A DNA stretch of 63,949 nucleotides, counting the filler, from Octopus bimaculoides (Eukaryota), in NCBI RefSeq assembly GCF_001194135.2. It is 8 parts of 7 records of this genome, joined end to end, with 100 filler letters (N's around TTAATTAATTAA, not from the genome) between each part and the next. Parts side by side here need not be neighbours in the genome. Positions count along the whole stretch, not along the records: positions 54,536 to 57,145 come from NC_068994.1; positions 57,246 to 59,012 come from NC_068981.1; positions 59,113 to 61,440 come from NW_026397718.1; positions 61,541 to 63,949 come from NC_068985.1; 4 more parts are not named here. One strand, given 5' to 3'. The first letter of the stretch is position 1. Each line of letters opens with the position of its first letter. The translations under genes and the position numbers were made by a program. Shown one piece after another: positions 54,586-63,949 of the stretch. Under the pieces are notes generated by a model, which was not told where the DNA came from, did no database searches, and worked only from the letters and a program-made list of their open reading frames with translations.

Positions 54586-56975
54586 ATACATACACTCAGA
54601 AAGACATGCACATTCAGATATATGTATGTATGTGTGTATGTATGTATGTATTAATATATTAGAGAAAGATTGGGCGTGCATTTCTCTAAGTATATAGTAT
54701 GTGTATGCAGTTTCGGAACTCCCTTTACATAAATGTAATGCCACACATGCGACTGAAGTTTTGATGCATTATGCTTTCGTAACATCTGTGTTATTTTATA
54801 AAAGTTTTAAACCATATTCCAGCAAACAGGATAATATGTTCGGAAAGATTATTATACGCCATTTACAACGTTTTTATTTTTTATTTTCCTTTAGTTATTG
54901 ATGTATGAGCCACATGAAGAAGTTCTTTCTTTCTATAAAATACTGACATGGTAATAGTAATATCTTATAACTGGGATTTATTCGAAACGGGCAAACAATC
55001 CCGCAATCTTCTTTAATATACACACACACACACTCCACACACGCCGTTACAAATTTGTACGTAACACTGAAGAGTTATTACTGTTTCAAGAGGAACTTCA
55101 AATATGTTATAACTTGAACAGGACAGGCTCGCATATTTGAAACAAACATTTTGTGTTGCGATTTGAGTCTGTGTTTGTAAAAAAAAAAAAATAATAAGAG
55201 TTTCCAATTGTTGTTATGTACCGCACACCTAATAATTACTTGAGAGGGTGTGATTTGCCAGCATATGACACCTAATGGATTTAGTTCCTACCTAGCTGCA
55301 GGTAGATATAAACACACACGTTTACTGGCCTTTGTTCCCTCAGAACATTTAGGATATGACCACTGGGTTACCAGGGCGGGATGGATGCACTAGCAATCGG
55401 AGCTTGCTTTTAACTAGCAGTGTACACTGCGGGGCCGTGAAAAGAAATGCTTTGATAAAGATATAGGTAGCCACTCTCCACAAACTCAACCCATGAATTT
55501 ATGAACATTAGTAGCACACACTAATTACTGTGCCACTTACCTTCAATATTATTATTTACAGTTTCATAGGAAGATGTATAGGAATAATTGCTGTTTATAC
55601 ACTCATACAGGACCACCATTTTTAAATAATATTTCAACCAAATTTTTGAATGTAAAACATTCTATAGTTCTCAGAATTTGAAAAATAAAATGAAATGGTT
55701 CATGTTTTGAAATCAAAAATATTACAAATATCTAATATTTTAGGTTGTCTATCTTAACTTTCTGGTACAAATCACTGCATTATATAATATGTAAAGAAAG
55801 AAAAGTCTTGAAAGCTATACTAAATCAGTTTTATATATAACTGCATCTCTTCAGCTTTCATAACAGAGCAGATAATAAGTCTTATACATCTATCTATCTC
55901 CCTATCTCTCCCTCCCTCTCTCTCTCTCTCGATATATATATATATATATATATATATANNNNNNNNNNNNNNNNNNNNNNNNNNNNNNNNNNNNNNNNNN
56001 NNNNNNNNNNNNNNNNNNNNNNNNNNNNNNNNNNNNNNNNNNNNNNNNNNNNNNNNNNNNNNNNNNNNNNNNNNNNNNNNNNNNNNNNNNNNNNNNNNNN
56101 NNNNNNNNNNNNNNNNNNNNNNNNNNNNNNNNNNNNNNNNNNNNNNNNNNNNNNNNNNNNNNNNNNNNNNNNNNNNNNNNNNNNNNNNNNNNNNNNNNNN
56201 NNNNNNNNNNNNNNNNNNNNNNNNNNNNNNNNNNNNNNNNNNNNNNNNNNNNNNNNNNNNNNNNNNNNNNNNNNNNNNNNNNNNNNNNNNNNNNNNNNNN
56301 NNNNNNNNNNNNNNNNNTATATATATATATACATATATATATATATGGATGTATGTATGTAAATATAGATGTATGTATAAAAGTGTGTGCACATATATTT
56401 GTGTGTGTGTGATTGAACATTCAAAATGGATAGGTAGATCAATTATGAGAAACACATTCTTAAAAAGATATTAAAGTAAAATAAAATAAAGAATAACAAT
56501 ATTCGAAATATAACGAAACCAATATATAAATTATCTTAGATATATACACATGCTATTATTCTACAATCTTAATAACAATTTTGACATCCTAACGTTAAAT
56601 ATATTATGCAATTTATAACAGATTTTAATGAATATTGAGAAAGATTAAAATTCATCATATTATAACCTGATTTTTATTAAAACTATCTATAGAAAATTTA
56701 TTTTCATGAAAAAGATTAAAGAAATAAATTCTCAATATCAACTCTCGAAACACTGAACAAAATAGAAAACATATCCTCGTGAATGTTTGAGGAAATTAAG
56801 AGGGATAAATTTTTGCATGAATAAATTGTCAGCAAATATACATTTTCTACATATTTCTCTCATAATCTAAAGAAATATACTTGAGAGGAAAAAATAAAAT
56901 TTATAACCGGAGAATATAGACTTTATTTCTTTAATTTCGGTGATTCTGATTTTAGTTAGAATGCATGAAATCGAT

Positions 56976-57145
<170 letters not shown>

Positions 57146-57245
57146 NNNNNNNNNNNNNNNNNNNNNNNNNNNNNNNNNNNNNNNNNNNNTTAATTAATTA
57201 ANNNNNNNNNNNNNNNNNNNNNNNNNNNNNNNNNNNNNNNNNNNN
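57146..57245. other. artificial scaffold spacer
   Basis: N-flanked TTAATTAATTAA at 57190-57201. Confidence 0.95.
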
Positions 57246-57341
57246 CAAACAACCTTGCTAAGACTTTCTAGGTGCAAGTCCAGAGTCATTCGTGACTGAA
57301 GGAGACTTTATCACACACACACGCGCACGCACGCACGCGCA

Positions 57342-57406
<65 letters not shown>

Positions 57407-58270
57407 GCACACATATAAATATATTGAATTTTCTGATCGCGTAAAGTTATTTAATGTTACACGAACTGTGAAGTTATTTTCTTATGTTATTGTGTGACTG
57501 ACTTTATTGCGTAATGTTTTATTTCATGGCATTATTGTATCAAATTACTTTTTTGTTGTTGTTTAGATTAGCTGTGGTTGGACTGACTTACAACTAAAGA
57601 CATGCTAACAAACTTCAAGTTTTTCTTCCATAGAGACACTGTCTCTAGGACTATATATCCTATTATGCACATTTGCAATTATGTCGTTAAGTTGCGATTT
57701 AAGGTAGATTTGGCTGATATATTAGTTTATATAATTCTTTTAAAATTTAGCACAAAACCATCAGTTTCAAGGAGAAGCAGGGAAATCGATTATATGACTC
57801 TAGTGCTCAAACTGGTACTTGTTTGACCGACTCCTAAACGATAAAAGACAATGTCGGACTCGGCGGAATTTGAACTCGGAAAAGAAAGAAACGGAAGAAA
57901 TTTTGATAAATCCGGCGAGCTTAACGATTCTATCAGCTCGCCACTCTCAGCTATGTTATAAAGAGGTGTTACTGTGTGATTTTATTGTGGGACATTTTTA
58001 AGTTAATTCCTTGCTTGATATTATTATGTAATATTATTGCATGGACATTTTATGCGACATATTTTTTGTGCGACGTTATTGGGTTACTTTCATATTATGA
58101 TAGTATTGTGTAAAATTATCGCACGACGTTACTGCGTGAATTTATTGTTTCATATCGTTATACGACGTTATTGCATGATCTTATATGAAAACATTTTTTT
58201 TGTGTGTGACGATATCGGGTTACACTATTGTGTGTCACTAATTTGTGAGTATGACGTTATTATGTGAATT

Positions 58271-58284
58271 TATTATTATTATTA

Positions 58285-58340
<56 letters not shown>

Positions 58341-58888
58341 TCATACGCGCACAACAGATTAAAATGTTGGAAAAGAGAAATTTCTAACATCGGGCAACAA
58401 GTAACCTTAGATGTCAAGGACCCTCCTAAGTATCCTAACTGTCCCTAATAACACTGTTTTCTGGAGTTGTACTAAACTGGGTTTTATGCCTATTTCCTCT
58501 ATCCATCTGTTCAGATCTTTAGGGATAGTTCTCAATGCACCTGTAACAACTTGGATACAGTTTACCCGCACTTTCTATAGTTTTGTAATTTAACATCTAG
58601 GTCCTGGCACCTGGCTATTTTGTCTATACTGCTCATATTAATTTTTTCATCATTTGAGATTGTAAAAGCAATTATCTGGCACTTTCTGTTCTCTTTATCT
58701 AATACTATCAAATCAGGCTTTGTAGCTTCTATTACTCTGTCAGTCTGAATGTTAAAGTCCCACAACATTTTATATTACTCACTTTCTAGTACTTTACTAG
58801 GTTCATATTCATAACATTTATCAGCTTGTTCAAATCCTAGCTTTCTACATAGCTCCCAGTGTATTGGTTTCCCATGATTGTCGTGTTT
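58271..58888 (-). pseudogene. R4/Dong-clade non-LTR retrotransposon 3' end (restriction-like endonuclease, 3' UTR, (TAA)n tail)
   Basis: KHDNHGKPIHWELCRKLGF..MLWDFNIQTDRVIEATKPDLIVLDK..VVTGALRTIPKDL..LQKTVLLGTVRILRRVLDI*, stop at 58407-58409, then a short UTR and (TAA)n. Confidence 0.88.
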
Positions 58889-59012
58889 TCTTCTTCTTCT
58901 TCTTCTTCTTCTTCTTCTTCTTCTTCTTCTTCTTCTTCTTCTTCTTCTTCTTCTTCTTCTTCTTCTTCTTCTTCTTCTCCTCCTCCTCCACTTCCTCCTT
59001 CTTCTCCTTCTT

Positions 59013-59112
59013 NNNNNNNNNNNNNNNNNNNNNNNNNNNNNNNNNNNNNNNNNNNNTTAATTAATTAANNNNNNNNNNNNNNNNNNNNNNNNNNNNNNNN
59101 NNNNNNNNNNNN
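59013..59112. other. artificial scaffold spacer
   Basis: 44N-TTAATTAATTAA(59057-59068)-44N. Confidence 0.95.
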
Positions 59113-60899
59113 GCATGTTATCGATCAGTTTCATTTCTGTATTTCTTGTCCATAGAGAAAGAGCCGGACTCTAACATAGATTCAAGGCTCCTTCATTGGA
59201 ACTTTTATCAACATCATCTAGGTATTTGTGCATATGTGTGTGTGTGTGTGTGTGTGTGCAGTATTTGGTGTTAGTGTATGCGCAGATTTGTATGTTTGTT
59301 TTATGGATGCGTTTTTATGTATATATTTCCATGTCTAGATGCATGCATATGTATTTATGTGCTAAATCTTTGGAAAGTTTTACATATCTTTACAGTTCCA
59401 TTGATGACTTGAATCTGTAGTCTTCTAATCAGCCTTTTTCTTTCAGGTTTTGAGAACCCTAATTTTTCCAGGTTTTTTTTGAGGCAGTATGTGTGTATGT
59501 ATGTATGTATGTATGTATGTATTTGTCTGTCTGTATGTATGTATGTATGTATTTGTCTGTTTGTCTGTATGTTTGTATGTATGCGTTGTATGAATGTGTG
59601 TATGTATGTGCGTGTGTATGTAAGTGTTTATGTATGTATGTATCTATTTGTCGATCGATCAGTCCGTCTTACTTACATTCGCCCTCCATATTTCCCTTTG
59701 TCTGCCGATTTATTTGTTCATGTGTTTATATCTAATTCCTTATTGGCTAAACTGGCAACATGACCATCCCCAAATACAACAATTTCTGTTTCAACACACG
59801 ATTTCACATCAAAAATCTTGCAAAACAAATGATTAATCGTTGACCAAACACCATTCAATTTTTTTCTCCGTGTTTTTCTCCTTGTTTTCTCCGTATTCTT
59901 TCTGTTGAAGAGCGTAGCTCAAAACGTTAAAGACTTTCTGTATTCCCGAGCGTCAAACTAATACATCCTTTTGTTGTTTACACCACCTGTCCTCGTCTGT
60001 TGTTGTTTTTTTTCGTACATTCNNNNNNNNNNNNNNNNNNNNNNNNNNNNNNNNNNNNNNNNNNNNNNNNNNNNNNNNNNNNNNNNNNNNNNNNNNNNNN
60101 NNNNNNNNNNNNNNNNNNNNNNNNNNNNNNNNNNNNNNNNNNNNNNNNNNNNNNNNNNNNNNNNNNNNNNNNNNNNNNNNNNNNNNNNNNNNNNNNNNNN
60201 NNNNNNNNNNNNNNNNNNNNNNNNNNNNNNNNNNNNNNNNNNNNNNNNNNNNNNNNNNNNNNNNNNNNNNNNNNNNNNNNNNNNNNNNNNNNNNNNNNNN
60301 NNNNNNNNNNNNNNNNNNNNNNNNNNNNNNNNNNNNNNNNNNNNNNNNNNNNNNNNNNNNNNNNNNNNNNNNNNNNNNNNNNNNNNNNNNNNNNNNNNNN
60401 NNNNNNNNNNNNNNNNNNNNNNNNNNNNNNNNNNNNNNNNNNNNNNNNNNNNNNNNNNNNNNNNNNNNNNNNNNNNNNNNNNNNNNNNNNNNNNNNNNNN
60501 NNNNNNNNNNNNNNNNNNNNNNNNNNNNNNNNNNNNNNNNNNNNNNNNNNNNNNNNNNNNNNNNNNNNNNNNNNNNNNNNNNNGATATATATATATATAG
60601 ATAGATAGATAGATAGATGTGTGTGTACGATATGAAGCCGTATATTATTAGAAACCCTTAGATATTCTAGTATAGTAACCTCATCAGGGTATTTATTTCG
60701 GCAGTTTTTGCTCTGAGTTCAAATCCAGTACACATCAGATTTTAATTTTCGTCCTTTTCGGGCTGATAACAACAACAACAACAAAATAAAAAGTACAAAC
60801 ACTAAATCGGCGAATTCGTAAAGCTGTTAATGATGTCAGTGGGGGATAATAGTTAGCCCTTCGCGGTCATCTTGATCCTGTCCTTTCCGTTTTTGAAAG

Positions 60900-61001
60900 C
60901 GACGTTCGGGAGAATATGGACGCTAAGATGCCTGCTATCGACGCATGCGTCCTGTCACGTGAAGAATCATCGGAAAACGTTGAGAGACGAGAAAAGAAGA
61001 G
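60900..61001 (+). CDS. candidate coding exon (MDAKMPAIDACVLSREESSENVERREKK), product unknown
   Basis: CpG-rich complex sequence, ATG at 60916, GAG|GTGAGG donor at 61002, and a possible weak AAG acceptor at 60897-60899. Confidence 0.25.
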
Positions 61002-61143
61002 GTGAGGAGAGACTGGTATTCGTGTGCAAACGCTAATTTCTTTCATAAAGGTTTAGTCCCGTCCCGCGTAGCGTTACTGTGGCGATAATACGGTCGACCA
61101 TGTTTGACGGAGGTACTCCACATCCTTGATTCACAAACGCACA

Positions 61144-61184
<41 letters not shown>

Positions 61185-61440
61185 ACATACACGCACACAT
61201 ATGTGTGTGTGTGTATCATTGGCATGTATGTATATGCATGTTGTACATTTTAAACATATATACATATCTTTTAATCAACATCGTATTTATTACATATACA
61301 CACATACAGGCATGTGTACATATATACATGTGTGTGTGTGTGTGTGTATACATATGTATATGTACATGTATACATACGAACACACACACACATGCATATA
61401 TATGCGCGCATATAAAGATATATATATATATATATATATA

Positions 61441-61540
61441 NNNNNNNNNNNNNNNNNNNNNNNNNNNNNNNNNNNNNNNNNNNNTTAATTAATTAANNNN
61501 NNNNNNNNNNNNNNNNNNNNNNNNNNNNNNNNNNNNNNNN
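61441..61540. other. artificial scaffold spacer
   Basis: 44N-TTAATTAATTAA(61485-61496)-44N. Confidence 0.95.
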
Positions 61541-62964
61541 AATAACCATAAGCTATGGAACATAATCGAAGCCCAAGTAGAAATTTTTGAGAGGTTTCAC
61601 TACAAAACGATGTTACGAAGAGTTTAAAAATTTTGTGCACCAAAATAGGAATGCAAACATTTATAGCAATCTCCATAAGTTCGATTATTAGCGATACTTT
61701 CTTGCATTGGCACACAATCACAAAGGGTAGGGTTTTATCGTTTGAAACATCCTAGAATTTCTTCATCTACCATGTAGGTGATGAAAACCTAAAGTCGGTC
61801 TCGACCGGATTTACACTTACAGCGTGAGCGGGTATAAATAAATATCAGGCTAAATGCTTTGCAATAAGTTTGACACTTTACCATTCCTGCCATGCCGAGA
61901 GTTTAGTAAATTCCAGTACCTACGCCTGATATTTATTTTACCGCCCCCAATACCGAGACGACGAATTGGCAGAATCATGAAGAGTGTCTTACAAAATACT
62001 TTGTAGTTATTTGTTTGGGATCTCTTCAGTCAGAGGTCAACTTTATTTTTCAATCCTTTCAGAGTCAATTAACTAATGAACCACTCCAAGATAGTGGATT
62101 GGACAAACTATTTGACAAGCGTTGGACAAAATATCTTGCGGCAGTTATTCTGAATATTTACGTTTTTAGTTCTCAGAAAGGTGTGATGAACTTGTTAGTA
62201 TGTAGCCAACAAGATGACAACTTGTCAGCGGTGTAGCAAGGGTTCTTAACGCTCGGAGAAGCAAAGACAATTTTGGTGCTTCCACATTAATTAATTCGCA
62301 TAAGAAAGAAGAAATTTTAGGTAATTTCACACTGGTGTCCGAGGACAACTGCCAGTGATTTGATAACGAAGTCACTCGGGATCATTCATCGATCCGATGA
62401 TGCAAAGAAGGAAGGGATGTGAACTTAAAAATGAAAAGAACCATAACTCGTACTACGCTCTACAAATCGAAATATTACTGAACTATTATTGAATACTTTC
62501 GTGTTGAACAAAAGAACGTAAAACCTGAAACGGGGACTTCTTTTATCACTGGTGCTTAATTTATCGACCCCGAAAGGATGAAAAGCAAAGTCGACCTCGG
62601 CGTGGGTGGGGGAATATTGCTAAGCATTTCGCCCGTCGCTCATAAATATCATTTAACAGTCTTACGACAAAAGATAACAACAACTCTATAAATGTATTTT
62701 ATATAAAGTCACAAACGTAGGAAGAGGTTGGGGCGGTAGGAGCGGTCCGCCTCGGGCGACACTTTTGGGTCTGCTGTAGGCAATATGTGTTCAGAACCTG
62801 TCATCCATTTGTAGTTGATAAAAATATCCTACATACCAAATAAACGTGTGGCTTTGTGCTTATGCAATAAATAAATATATAAATAAAGGAATAGGAATTT
62901 TGAAAAAAAAAAGCATTTAAAACATTCTTTGAAGGTGCACTTTTAGTACAGACGTAGCCTACTG

Positions 62965-63129
62965 GATGAGACTAGAGAAAGAGCTCGCTCCCCAACCACA
63001 TGGTTCTGGGTTCAGTCCCTCTGATGGCATGTTAGTCTTGCACTATAGGGCCGGCCTGTGAGCGGATTTGCTAGACGGAATGTGAAAGAAGCCTGTCGTG
63101 TATACATACATACATACATACGCGCGCGC

Positions 63130-63163
<34 letters not shown>

Positions 63164-63600
63164 ACGTACGTGTGTGTGCGTGCGTGTCTTTGTGTTTGTC
63201 ACTCACCACCGCTTGACAACCGGTGTGTGTTTCTTTACGTTTCTGTAACTTAGTGATCCGGAAAAAAGAAACAAATACCAAGCTTATAAAACATAAAAAT
63301 GTTTAAATAATAAGTACTGAGATCGATTACACCCTTCAAGGCTTTCTCCCAGCATGGCCGAAGTATAATGACAGAAACAAGTTAAACAAGATTTGAGCAG
63401 AAAAAAAATAAAAGGAAAACAAAACAGATAAATTACATGTCAACAGAAGCGCAGTCGTGATTGTATGGTAAGAAGTTTGTTTCCCAATCACATGGTTCCA
63501 GGTTCAGTCCCACTGCGTGGCACCTTGGACAGGTGTCTTAGCCTCGGGCCGACCGAAGCCTTGTGAGTGGATTTGGTTGACGGAAACAGAGTCTATCGTA
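62965..63600 (+). mobile_element. two tandem SINE family A copies
   Basis: CCCAACCACATGGTTCTGGGTTCAGTCCC heads at about 62990 and 63480; tail CCCAGCATGGCCGAAG at about 63350. Confidence 0.85.
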
Positions 63601-63904
63601 TACACACACACACATATATATATAAGGATCTACTTTTCGTAATGGGATAAAAAACCAACGCTGTGTACAATATAGAACATTTATATAAGACCTATTTATA
63701 AATGTTCTATATTATACACAGCCTTGGTTTTTTTTATCTCATTATGAAAAGTAAATCCTTATATTCACACGCTGATATATGACCTACGTTGGACTCCCTT
63801 ATTCGTATAATCTCCGAACATGGAGCTTAACAATAGTCTATCCATAGCACTTACTCAACATTACCTGAACCCTCTAGGTCTAATTGACACCACTATCGCT
63901 CATA

Positions 63905-63949
<45 letters not shown>

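Noticed and set aside
61541-61721. Minus ORF IIELMEIAINVCIPILVHKIF at a segment edge
   Set aside because: The ORF length is inflated by the spacer, and I found no donor/acceptor pair or known motif.

Overview
This is AT-rich, repeat-dense eukaryotic DNA with many N gaps. The tRNA-headed SINE families and microsatellite load look like octopus/coleoid cephalopod DNA (inferred from recall, no database search). The window is not one locus: seven identical 100-bp spacers (44N-TTAATTAATTAA-44N) split it into eight segments, so adjacency across spacers cannot be assumed. No complete gene is recognisable, and most ORF-track entries are microsatellite or N artefacts. Well-supported content is transposon relics: mariner (4.5-5.5 kb), two Tc1 (13.5 kb, 51.3 kb), Penelope GIY-YIG (35.8 kb), Helitron PIF1 helicase (50.1-51.3 kb), a Dong/R4 LINE 3' end (58.4 kb), MITEs and at least four SINE families. 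Best leads: (1) a C2H2 zinc finger joined to the Helitron Walker A codons at a TGEK/TGKTF microhomology; (2) degenerate type-I hammerhead ribozyme architectures in Penelope-like termini; (3) a near-perfect hairpin over a candidate 3' splice site at 11.2 kb; (4) a CpG-decay domain at about 1.7-21 kb, consistent with a methylated gene body, holding weak phase-compatible exon candidates. Repeat boundaries are approximate.
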